The position numbers were made by a program, and so were the translations under genes. A DNA stretch of 64,000 nucleotides. Source: Octopus vulgaris. Lineage: Eukaryota. Location of the stretch: assembly GCA_951406725.2 (NCBI GenBank), contig OX597822.1, positions 86,180,001-86,244,000 on the forward strand, written 5' to 3'. A model generated the notes under the pieces. The model worked only from the letters and a program-made list of their open reading frames with translations. It made no database searches and was not told the origin of the DNA. Positions 50,277-62,189 of the stretch are shown in pieces; the stretch's first letter is position 1, and every line of letters starts with the position of its first letter.

Positions 50277-50369
50277 GTAAGAATTATTTTGATTTCTACT
50301 GTTGAAAGTAATAATTATTATTTATCTAAAATCAGGTATGAAGTCATAATGTTATTGGTTAAAAGCAAA

Positions 50370-50995
50370 ACAACTGTGGAGATATGCTAATTAACTACAA
50401 ATTCAAAGTCCTTGAATTCAAATCCATTGCAAACATCACATTTTATATTTGGACAACATGTTTAATTCTACACATTTCAGTTCATTCAGTTGGTTAAAAG
50501 TGACAGTAACTTGAATAGCATCAAATACATCCAGTTGCTGAAGGACAATTTGATACCAGACTTGGTTGAAGGTGAGATTTTTCAGTATGATGGAGCTCCA
50601 TGCAACACAACGGAGTCTGGTTGATTTAGGTGTCACCATATTGAAAGATTGGCCAGCTCAGAGACCTGGCTTAAATATCATTGAGCAAATGTGGACAGAA
50701 CTAAAGAGAAGTGTTCATCAGAAGAATCTACGCAATTTTGAAGAGTTGTGGGAGCTCAGCTACTGAAAATGGCATCTCATACCTGTGAAGATGATGAAGG
50801 ACTTGTACACATTTCTTCCCTGGCACATTGAAGCAATTATTCAAACTAACGGAAGCCACTCAAAATATTAACAATCTACAGTAACTTCTTGAAATGAACA
50901 TTATGTAATAAATTTTTATTGTAGACATTTTTCTGTTTTGAAATACTGTATCTTGATTGGTTTATGTGAAGTGGCTGAAAACTTTTGCACAGCCA
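50370..50995 (+). mobile_element. Tc1-type transposase fossil with right TIR
   Basis: FQYDGAPC and DWPAQRPGLNIIEQMWTELKR (WPxQSPDLNPIE motif), NGSHSKY* end, terminal AAAACTTTTGCACAG. Confidence 0.8.
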
Positions 50996-52053
50996 ATTTT
51001 GGTGATCATCTCACATCTTCTCCTCTCATTCAGAACCCCCTACTACAAAATACAATGATTAGGTATGGAAATGGCTCCAACAGGGCCAATGTTTTATCTG
51101 TAAAACATCCACTTATAAGTTGACAATTAGTAGAAATTTACGACAGTTTAAAGTAACTGAAGACTTTTACATGATACTGTACTTTTTGAAATTGTAATAG
51201 AAAATTCTCTACTTCTTTATAGGCCTATACTTGGAAAGTAAAAGAGGATGGCATTTGTTTTAATATCAAATGAAATTTAGTTAAACATGATTCTGCTTTT
51301 CAAGTGTCAGAAAGTTTTGCAATTTATGTACAGAAGAAGCCAAACAAATATTATTCTCCAAAGTTATCTAGCAGAAGTGTTAAGACTGATCCTTCTGGTG
51401 GTGCCATGTAAAAGCACCCATGTGGTGCCACACAAAGTGCCCATGTGGTGCCATGTAAAGTGGTTGGCATTAGGAAGGGCATCTAGTCATAGAAACCATA
51501 CCAAATCAGACTGGAGTCCAGTGCAGCTTGCCAGCCCTGGTCAAACCATCCAACCCATACAAGTATGAACAATGGATGTTTAATAATGAGGATAATAATG
51601 ATGATTCTGAATCTATTATTAGGACGTGTAACCATATAATCTCAAAAAACTTCCCCTATTTTAAATATTCATCTAGCTTGCTGTTTTTCAATTATCTTAT
51701 TAGGTACATTTACTTTCATGTCTATATATGTATTGTGTGTATGTGTGTAATGATAATTTTCTGTGTCTTAAGGTAAACGTAATGTGTTTAGCTGACACTC
51801 ACTGAGAGACTTTAGACTGAGGTAATCTCTTGTTATCTTTTCTATAAACAGAAAAAGGTTGATCTGACCTGGTTTTGAACCTGGCTGGATTTAAATTCAT
51901 TTAAGATTAACATTAATCCACATATAGTAATATTCATACATGATAGTTAATACAGAACAATATATATGTAATGTGTGTGTTTTGTGCCCGATTCCTGGTT
52001 TGTAGAATGTTCTAATTAATCCTTCAATTGTTTTTCTATTTCTTTACTTGTAG

Positions 52054-52183
52054 AATTAGATTTGCAGAATTGTTCTGGAATCAACTGCAATGAATTTGAG
52101 TATATTTGTCGACTTGAGCATCTTGAGAATCTCAACTTGTATAGTACGACTATCACAAGTCCTGCTATACTCCAAATACTGAA
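52054..52183 (+). CDS. FBXL4: FBXL4 coding exon 10 (LRR)
   Basis: cttgtag|(E)LDLQNCSGINCNEFEYICRLEHLENLNLYSTTITSPAILQIL(K)|gtaagc; 130 nt. Confidence 0.91.
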
Positions 52184-53739
52184 GTAAGCATTAGAAGCAT
52201 TTCTTCACAGTTCACATTGGTTTTTTAGAGTGAAGAGACAGTTTTCCAAAATGTGTTGCGACATATTTGTTTCAGTACTTGTAAAGGTTTCACCACATCA
52301 TGCTTAGCACTTAAATGTAAGCTTTGCTTTCTCTTATTTAAGCATAACATTTATTTTATTTATAAGATAAATGTTATCTTTCAGATTGACCACAACTTGT
52401 ATGTGAGTGGGGGGGTGCGTGTGTGTGTGCACGTGTGCTTGTGTGTGTGTGTTGAAGATTATGTGTATGGATGTCATCATCATCATTATAATCATGATGT
52501 GCGTATGTATCCAAGGTTATGTGTGTAGATGTGTTTTTTTTTCTGTTCTTTGAAATCTTCCAATAAAAAGGGGGCTGGGTTCTCCTTAAAAAAGAAAGTT
52601 CTCACCTACCATTCGTCTACATCTTTGTTTCCTTAGTGTCCATCAAACTTCATCAAAGAGTCCTGTCAAAGGAAAAGTTGAGAGGTTTGTTTTTTGTTAA
52701 GAACTTTCTTTGCCTGATTAGAAATACAGTGTTTGGGGTTGTGTAACCTGATACAAACTCACCCATTGTGCATAATATACAAGCTAAACCTATCAGTTAA
52801 ATCAAAAATTAATATGAAAAAATGTTTTCAAACTTAAGAGAAAATCCATGCTTCACTGATAAGATCCAATAAGGCCAGAACATATTTCTTACTGTCCCCA
52901 TACACTAAAGATCAGATTTTCCCTTAAGCATTAGGATTTGATTTTTTTGAGTCATTTTTAATTCATTGGAATTATTTCCCTTCTTCTTAGTAAGTGGCTA
53001 ATGAATAATGATTGATTTTTTATTTCATTTTTCTCTAAGATGAAATTTTCAACTTGCTATGAATTGAAGCTACCATCAATAGCTATCTCCTCTGGTCATT
53101 CCAGCCTCTCACTGTTTCCCTTATTATATTCTTATTTAACAAACTCACATAATGGCATTTTACATGTGTCTTTCATTTTACTCTCCCAGCCAACAGCCAA
53201 GTGTATCAATATACCTACCCAACAACATTCTCATCCATATTAACACTATGCCTCTGCAATTTGGAAAACTTCATGTTGTAGAGCATTAATAAATCTATTC
53301 CTTTCAGCTTCCCTCCCGTTTAGATATACCTAATGTATTATTTCATCATCATCATCACATCCTTTTTTACTATTCTTGTATGGGTTGAACAGGTCCTCCC
53401 TAACAAACTCTCTTACCTCTTGTTACATTCTTTTCTCATCTCCTTTCTGACATTCAACAACTCGACCTCGGCTTTCACCACTTCTGCTTATGTCTTCTCT
53501 CGTTTTCCCCTTTCACAATATTCTTTTGCTTGGATTTCTTATAAGCATTCCATGTCTTCTATGCCAATGCAGTCTTTCCTTGCATCTGATTCTTCTTAGA
53601 TTCTTCAGTCAAAGACAGATTCCTTTTCCATCCTGTTCTTATTCTGAACCCTGCGCTTTCTTATTACATTCCTCTCTGAATGGTTTGGTCTCCTTGGTAC
53701 CTGAAGCTATCAACTATTTCTATGGTGTCTTCTGAGTAT

Positions 53740-53832
53740 TGGAAAGAATTATTTTTCAGGTACTTATTCTATCAGTGCCAAACTGCTAAGTTACGGGGAT
53801 ATAAAAACATCAACAGTGGCTGTCAGAGGGCT

Positions 53833-53871
<39 letters not shown>

Positions 53872-54012
53872 ATACACACTCTAAATCCACTCCAAGGCCT
53901 TGGTCTGCCTTGTATGGTAGAAGACACTTGACCAAGGTTCCATGCAGCAGGACTGAACCTGAAATCATGTGGTTGGGAAGCAAGCTTCTTACCACACACC
54001 CATGCCTGCACC
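53740..54012 (-). mobile_element. CORE-like tRNA SINE with internal (GA)n
   Basis: Same head and body as 30265-30668, but the internal microsatellite is (CT)n on the + strand at about 53837-53867. Confidence 0.75.
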
Positions 54013-54779
54013 TGAATGACTGCTAAATATCCTTGTGTCTCTTCCACACAAATCTTGATGTCATTCCTTTATATCCACAACTTATAACTTTCCATTTGTT
54101 TCTCCTCTTCCACTGGAGACCATTATCATGCTGCCTGAAAATTTCTCTCTACAGAGAGATCTTTTCAGTTCTTTCCAGTCTTTATTTGATCTTTTGTATT
54201 TGTTTCCAAGTCTTTCTTGCCCTTGACCTAAATTTCTTAACTACATTTATGTTCAGTATTATAGTAATTTTCTTTGAAGTACAAAGTCAATCTCATTTAT
54301 ATACCTACCTAAGTGGTTCATAACCATTGACTGGATTTTGTGTGTGTGCATGTGTTACAAATGGTAAATCATTTGTATTGTAAAGCTCCTTCAGTTTTCA
54401 TTGATTTTATCCTGGCTATAACTTCCAAGCACATCAGTCTTCCTGTCCTGCTGTTTCTCAGTATGACCATTACAATTATCAGCTGTGATGACCATAATGC
54501 TGTCATTGATTTTTTTTTTTTTTTTTCCTTTTTCCTAGCTTACTCTAGTACTTGTGTAATCAGCCATCTATCCCTGTGGAAAATAAACAGATATTTTAAA
54601 GCCTCTCACATTTGCTAGTAGAGTCTGTGTTTAATTATCCTATAATTTATTATTGCAACTTCAGTTCCTCCATACATATATAGCTTTTGATCTCTTAAAA
54701 AAAAAGCAGGAAAATCTTGTCTATGCTACTCACCTCTTTGAACCTGTTTTTCTTAGTGTCATTATTTCTACCTTACAAA

Positions 54780-55200
54780 AGGCTGCAAGCTGGTGAAATT
54801 ATTAGCATGCTGGGCAAAACACTTAGCAGCATTTTGTCCGTCATTACATTTTGAGTTCAAATTCCACTGATGTCTACTTTGCTTTTCATCTTTTCAGGGT
54901 CAATAAAATAAGTACCAGTTGAGCACTGGGTGGGGGTGGTGATTATATCAAACCCCCACCCACCTCCCTGAACTTGCTGACCTTGTTATTTTTTTATTGC
55001 CCACAAGGGGCTAAACATAAAGGGGACAAACAAGGACAGACAAAGGTATTAAGTCGATTACATCGACCCCAGTGCGTAACTGGTACTTAATTTATCGACC
55101 CCGAAAGGATGAAAGGCAAAGTCGACCTCGACGGAATTTGAACTCAGAACGTAACCGGAATTTGAACTCAGAACGTAACTTGCTGACCTTGTACCAAAAT
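54780..55200. mobile_element. Old Nin-like SINE (+) containing a young antiparallel copy (54987-55179)
   Basis: Duplicated target AACTTGCTGACCTTGT at 54971-54986 and 55177-55192 brackets the inner element. Confidence 0.85.
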
Positions 55201-55219
55201 GTCTCCTTTACAATTTCAG

Positions 55220-55312
55220 GGGCTGTTTGAAGCTGAGAGTGCTGAACTTGGGTAGTTGTTTCATGGTTGAAAACTATGATAAAGTTGCTGAATATATTGC
55301 AAAATATTCAAG
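55220..55312 (+). CDS. FBXL4: FBXL4 coding exon 11 (LRR)
   Basis: aatttcag|GCLKLRVLNLGSCFMVENYDKVAEYIAKYS(R)|gtacca; 93 nt; matches LSLGSCVMIEDYD. Confidence 0.91.
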
Positions 55313-56577
55313 GTACCACAGTTTGTGCTGGGTTTATTCAGAGTGTGTGTGTGTGTGTTCTTCAGTGTTTATCTCTGTTTGTAGACGTCCCCAGCATATT
55401 GTTTGGGGCTGGTCTGATTTTGATTTGAGTGGAAATCATAATTAATAAATTAGGATGTTGTGTAATTATTGCAGATGTGTCTGAATGTGTAGGAAGTTTT
55501 GAAAAAAGGAGGTTAGTTGTAAAAAAGGTGTTTAGTTGTAAAAAAAAAAAGATATAAATGATATAAAAATGAAATCTATTTAAAAGTAGATGTTTCCAAC
55601 TCGAATAGTTGATGTCTAAATAATAATGAGACCATACAGCTTAGTTGCTTTTGTTTGCTTTCAGTTGGAAGATCATAAATTAATGTTGACATTTAATGAC
55701 AGTATAATTTTGTTCAACAGTACCGGAGGAGCAATGATACTATATATTATTATTTAGGTCTCTTCTAAGTCATCATTATCATACATCCATTTTCCATACT
55801 GGCATGGAGTGGACAGTTTGATAGGCTCCAATAAACTACAGAGCTGAATCAGGTGCCGTTGTCAGCTGTGGCAGGGTTTGTATGGGTGGGTGCACTTCCT
55901 AATGCCAACCACTTTACAAAGTGTACTGGGTGCTTTTTACACAATGCCAGGTTGTCAGATAACTTCCAAGATGAGAAAAGAAGAGGAAAAAGGAAAAAAC
56001 CTCCCTGACTTAGTGAGGGTGTATCAGAGAGAGGGGAGATGGTTTTATGTCAGAAGTTGAAGGCTTAAAGCATGATAAAGGGACATGCATGGCTGTCCCT
56101 TTATCATACTTAGTGTAGAGGTGATTCATGGCTTCCTTACATTATATGAGAATGGGTGAGAATAAAAGGAAGCAAGATAAAGATGGTGGTGATGGGGTGC
56201 CAGAGCATACTGTCTAGGCAGAAGGTGGGTATAAGGGAAATTAGAGACTGGATGAGTGGGGACAGGAAAGGGTGGGTAACTTCATAGGTGTGTGACAGAT
56301 GGTTAGATATTGTCTGCTATACTAAGTATACTATAGATCTATACTAAATGGGTTATACTATTATTTGAGAATAAATCATTCTGCAATGCCACATGGTAAA
56401 CAATACTTAGATTAGTGTTAATATATTTTATGTAAGACACATTCAAGAGTTAACTAGAAATAATTATGTAGTAAGAAAAAAATCTATATTATTCAGTTAA
56501 TAACAAATTAATGACAAACTTAACTCTAAGATTATTGCATTTCTTGTTATTTCTTTCTTTCAATTTCTTTATTCCAG

Positions 56578-56688
56578 ATGCATTGAATGTTTAGACTTTT
56601 GGCGAGCACGTTCCCTCAGTAGTAATGGACTTTTTACTATAATTAATAACAACAATATGTCTCTTCAGGAATTAGATCTTGGATGGGT
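56578..56688 (+). CDS. FBXL4: FBXL4 coding exon 12 (LRR)
   Basis: Long pyrimidine tract, ttccag|CIECLDFWRARSLSSNGLFTIINNNNMSLQELDLGW(V)|gtaagt; 111 nt. Confidence 0.91.
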
Positions 56689-56949
56689 GTAAGTTTTTTT
56701 TGTCTTTCTTTCTTTTGTTAATGATGTTTCGCATTTATTTCTTTTATTCATTGTCATATCACCGAAAACAAGGAAGTTGAGAATTCTTTTCCTTGTCTCA
56801 GTCTTTGGCCTGCAGTCATACTGGAGCACTGCCTTAAAATGTTGAGTTGAGCAAATTGACACGGTTTGAGCTCCCTGAAGACATGCAGTAATTTATGGCA
56901 AGGGGCTTAGTGCAACATATCAGTGCAGTATATTTGTGCAACATACAGA

Positions 56950-58560
56950 GAGCCAGGGAGAAGCACCACTGATGCTATATCTCTGGTAAGACAGCTGCAG
57001 GAGAAATACATAGCCAAAGATAAACCTCTGTACTTGGCTTTTGTTGACATGGAGAAAGCCATTGACAGGTCCCCCAATCCCTTATCTGGTGGTCAATGCA
57101 AAAACTAAAGGTAGAGGAGTGACTGGTGAGAGCTGTACAAGCCATGGACAGGGATGCTGTCAGTAAGGTGAGGGTTGACAACAAGTATAGCCAAGAATTA
57201 TGGGTAGAAGTAGGGGTTCACCAAGTATCAGTCCTCAGCCCCCTCCTGTTCATCGTAGTCCTCCAGACATTAACAAACGAATTCAAGACAGGCTACCCCT
57301 GGGAGCTCCTCTATGCTGATTACCATGTTCTTATAGCTGAATCACTTCCAGAACTAGAGAAGAAATTTCAGGTATGGAAGCAAGGTCTAGAATTGAAGGG
57401 CCTTAAAGTTAACCTAACAAAAATCAAAGTTTTAGTAAGTAGGAAGGCAGACAAATCTCAAATCCCTTCAGGTAGATGGCCCTGCTTGATCTGTAGAAAA
57501 GGCATAGGTAGAAACTCCCTAAGATGTACCCAGTGTAAGCTTTGGACACATAGGAGGTGCAGCAATATCAGAGGAAGGTTAACAGGGAAAAATATTCTTT
57601 GTGTGTGTCAGATGTACAGGTGCAATAAACACTAGAAATGTACAGAAAATAGACTCAATCAAATGTCAGGGGATAAAACTAGTAGTTGATAGCATCCATT
57701 ACCTAGGTGACCAAGTCAGTAGTAGCAGTGGATGCTCTGAGAGCATAGCTACTAGAAAAAGAATAGGCTGGGCAAAGTTCAGAGAACTCTTACTTCTGTT
57801 GGTAACAAAGGGCCTCTCATTCAGAATGAAAGGCAGACTGTATGATGCCTGTGAATGAACAGACATGCTCCACAGCAGAGAAACATGGGCTGTGACCACA
57901 GGACATGTGAAGGCTTGAAAGAAATGAAACTAGTATGCCCCACTGGATATTTAATGTCAGTGTGCATGAACAACAAAGTGTAAGCGTTTTGAGAGAAAAA
58001 CTGGGCCTAAGTGACATCAGATGTGGTGTGCAAGAGAGACGACTACACTTGTGTGGTCCATGGAGGAGGACAGCTATGTAAAGAAGTGCTGATCTCTAAC
58101 CGTGGAGGGAACCTGTGGAAGAGGTAGACCCAAGAAGACATGGGATGAGGTGCTGAAGCACAATCTTCAGATATTTTGCCGGTAGTGTGATCCACAAATG
58201 TTGAACCTCATGGAAGTGATGACAAGTGACCAAGACTTTTTGCGGTCTGCTATGCTTGAGAGGAATCATCAAGCCAAGTGGAATCATAGTCATGGCTGTT
58301 GCCAGTATCATGTAGATGGCACATGTGCAATCGTAGTTGTTGCTGTGGCTGGTTTCATGTAAATAACATTCATGCTGGTGACATGTAAAAAGCATTCACT
58401 ACTCTCTTGGAGTGGTTGGCATTAGGAAGGGCATCTAGCCATGGAAACCATGCCAAATTCAAACTGGAACCTGGTGCAGCCCTCCAGCTTACCAGTTCCA
58501 GTCAAGCCATCTAACCCATGCCAGCATAGAAAGCAGATGTTAAATGAAGATGATGATGAC
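56950..58560 (+). mobile_element. Best-preserved RTE LINE copy (RT, PHD-like finger, C-terminus, 3'UTR, GAT tail)
   Basis: PGRSTTDAI, AFVDMEKA.DR, VGVHQ.SVLSPLLF, PWELLYAD, WPCLIC...CTQC..WTHRRC...CVRC, HYLGD, RGRPKKTW. Confidence 0.92.
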
Positions 58561-58875
58561 TAGGGAACACTTCTCTATGGATACACTGCCATTTTCCATG
58601 CTAATTCAATGAATTTGTTGTCCAGTTGATAGAACAATACAACACTCACTGTGAAATCTTGTTTGTTGGTTCAAGGATCAAATTTCATGCAAGGTTTTTT
58701 ATTTGTCTTTCCTCTCACTTGAATTGGAAAATAAGTAGCAGTAATAATTTGGGGTAGTTGGCCCAATCACCAAATACTTCCCTTCCTTCACATAACAATT
58801 TTGATTGGAATTAATTAAAAGAAATCATTATTGTAAATGTATGGACTTTAATTGCCAATAATGTATTTATTTCAG

Positions 58876-58962
58876 TCGTTCCTTGCTGTCTGAATCTGGT
58901 TGTTTTATAGAATTAGTCCGAAAATGTCCAAATCTCAAAAAACTATTTTTAACAGCCAACAG
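58876..58962 (+). CDS. FBXL4: FBXL4 coding exon 13 (LRR)
   Basis: tatttcag|RSLLSESGCFIELVRKCPNLKKLFLTAN(R)|gtatgt; 87 nt; KLFLTANR motif. Confidence 0.93.
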
Positions 58963-59419
58963 GTATGTATCAGTATTATTATTTTCGCAGGTGAGTAACA
59001 AACTTCAAGGGTTTATGAAACTGTGTGTGTGTGGTGAATGTAAGATAAACATTTCCTTGAAGAGTGTGTCAATCTCTATACGGCTCACATTTATTACTGC
59101 TGTGCAACTTCAGAATTAAGTCACACCACAGCACAGTGGGATGCTTGCAGCTAAAATGAATTCTTATTTAGGAGTTCCAAATCCAACTTCCTACCCACTT
59201 TGCTATTTCACTTTACAAGTATAACAAGATATAATAAATGTTCATTCATTTTCTATTTCTTAATAAACAATCAATTGTTTCATTTAATAATACTGTTCTA
59301 AAAAAATATAAAAGCAAAAAACTATTTATGATTATTTATCCAAGAGAAAAACTTTTTTATTATTGATGTTGTGATTATTATTGTCAATCCTTTGTTGTCA
59401 AATAAATATAAGGCTGATA

Positions 59420-59978
59420 TAAGAGGTCTGATCAAAAAGTATCTAGATTAGTGTTATAAAAAGAAAACTCTGGCACACATCAATCGTTTGGCATTTAATC
59501 TCCTTTGAATTAGTTTCCTTCTGAAGCTACACACTCTATCCAGCCTCATTTCCATTGATCAAAGCATTCCTGAAACTTCTTTTCTGGGACAGTGAACAGC
59601 CACCTCATTGCATTCTCTTGGATTTCCTCAACATCTTGAAGTCTCTTTTTTGGAGTTTTTCACAGAGCCTTAGTTCCATGATCATAGCTATACACCCATG
59701 ATTTGTCACCTGTTATGACCGTTCTCAAAAAGCTTCCGTCTTCCTTAACATAATCAAGGAGATTCTTCACAGCTGAAACCTGATCACCTTTTGAAGACAA
59801 CCACACTCTACACACTTTACTTCCAAGCATTGCTATGAACAGAGGAAATGAATGAGAACATTACACCTTAGTGTGGATATGGACAGAGTTCAAGGTCAAC
59901 CTGTGCCAAACAGCTTTACTCTGCATACTTTAGCTGTTACTATAACAACAGTCCTAATACTTTTTGACCGGACTTTGT
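59420..59978 (-). mobile_element. Mariner deletion derivative with both TIRs
   Basis: TIRs AGAGGTCTGATCAAAAAGTATCTAGATT / AGTCCTAATACTTTTTGACCGGACTTTGT; reverse strand FQDVEEIQENA...FQECFDQWK*GWIECVASEGN*FKGD. Confidence 0.8.
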
Positions 59979-60049
59979 TCTATAAAAAGTCTTGAGTTAC
60001 TCAGCATTAATTCTTCCATAGTTTATGGCAGTAAGAAACAGTAAAAATT

Positions 60050-61520
60050 TTACTTGGTTTTTATGCTGACAGGATTTCAAAGAAAGAGATGTGTAAAAAA
60101 GAAACCAATGAGAGATGGAAAAAGTTGAGAATTTGGTAAAATTCTGATGAAGTGGTTTAAGGTAGAAATAAAGGTGTTGAGTTGTCTGGGGATTTAATGA
60201 AGAAACAAATCCAGTAATTTCATTAAGAATTAAGCCTAATTAAAGTGTAATTATAGTGAGAACTAACAGCAGTGTTCAAGGATCAGTGTGTCATGAAAAA
60301 CATTGAGCAAACAAAGAAATAGCAGCTTAATTTGTTGATAAGTTCACCAAATTAGCATTTGATACTAATGAATGTCCTGAATCGGTCTACAATGGAGATA
60401 AGACAATATTGTTTTTGGAAATGTATGATAAGAAGACCATTGATATACTAGGGATACAGAATCACCACCAATAGGCTATAAACCATGAAAAAATCATGTC
60501 ACTTTGCTAGGTTGCTCTAATGCAAATTGCTGGTCATTGGTAAATGTTTATGTCCCATGGCTTCTAAAAGGAATGATACAGTTATCTGTGAGTTATCATG
60601 CCAACGAAAGATGGTTGGATAACAATTGACATTACACTGGATTGCTCTGAAAATTATTTTGTCCCCCAAGCAAGAGCTCACTGAATGTAAGCCTGTTGAC
60701 CTGAAGCACAACTGTAAGACAGTTCTTATTTTAGACAAATGTTCTGCACACCCTGAAGCAGAACTGGTAAGATAACAAACAATGTTTTTGGCATGTACCT
60801 CTAACCTAACATCATTAATCCAGCCACAGAGCAGTTAACTTACAACATTCTTTTAAGTCTAAACTTTGCACTCATCATATGAGGTGCCAATTGAATGAGT
60901 TGACTTTGGCTGAGCATTTCCTGAGTTTCTTAAGAAATTTAATGTAAAAGTATGGATTATTGCATTGTCAAGGTTTGGAAGTCTGTAGAAATGTCCACAC
61001 TGAAAATGGATTGCATAAATCATGGCCAAGATTGATATTTCAGTCTGCAACTAAAGAAGATATTGGAAATGACTTTCTGGAATATAGGGCTTTCAAAGAA
61101 AAAAACAATATACATGATCTGCTTTCTTATGCTCATTATTTAATTAATGCTTCTGCAAAGGATCTGGCATTAAGGGTGCATGAAGATAATGGTAAGGAAT
61201 AGATGAAAGTAGATGGTGATAATGCAACTACTGTTCATGATTATAATGATTTAGAAAAAGTGTAGTTGGTTGTAGGTCCACAGCAGCAAACCAGTAGAGA
61301 AGAGAGAAGAAAACCATGCCGAAAATGTAAGAGAAAGGATCTCTATTGGTAGATTAATTCAGTTGACAGGTGAATTGCTAAAGGACATAGAGAAACACAG
61401 TTTTATAAGTGAACAAGAAATAATGGATGTTTACATGCTGCAGGTTAAGCTAATTAAAGAAAACCCTAAATATATGAAACAGCTCAACTTGCAAGAGATT
61501 TTCAAAGGAAGTAGATAAAA
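60050..61520 (+). mobile_element. pogo/Tigger (jerky-like) transposase fossil
   Basis: Broken motifs VYNGDKTILFW (near 60385), VLILDKCSAHPE (near 60722), LTSLIQP (near 60805). Confidence 0.72.
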
Positions 61521-62189
61521 AGTGTGAAACAGAGAAGTCGTCACTTGAAAATCCATTGGCTTCCACAGGTACTGCTGTTATCATCACCATGTTTTGATAT
61601 CTTGGTCCCATTCCAAAATGAAGAAAACATGAATCCAACAACCTTTCAACTCAAAAAGTTACCAATTCTTCACCTTGAGACATGTTGATGTGTTTAGTTA
61701 CAAATTCCAGTTTTTCTCTCTGGAAGCAAGAATGATGAAGTGATTAATTGTTGAGTTAAGTTTATTCTGACTTAATTATTCTGTAATTTAGCAATTCACA
61801 ATATGGTCAAATGGTTGAGAAATTTGCTTCAGAACCTCAAGGTCCTGGATTCAATCCCATTTCATGGCATCTTGAGCAAGGGTCATTTTCTATAGCTTTG
61901 GGTCAAACTGTAATTTGTGAGTGAAACTAAACTGAAGCCTATCAAGTGGATTCAGTCTGTAAATCAAAAGGTCTAGTTTTTTTCAGTGTATGACAACTCA
62001 CTGGTTCTGTTTGAAAATTATGTTAAAGGTACAAAATAAAAAAAGAATATCTGTGGAATACTCAGTCAGTTATATGTTAATTCAGATTAGATACTGTTGA
62101 ACAAACAACCAGATCCTCTTCATCAAACACCACCATATATACATATACATATATACATATAAATGTGTGTGTGTATACACACACACACA

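Noticed and set aside
60050-61520. Domesticated jerky/TIGD gene nested in a FBXL4 intron
   Set aside because: Many stops, frameshifts and deletions.
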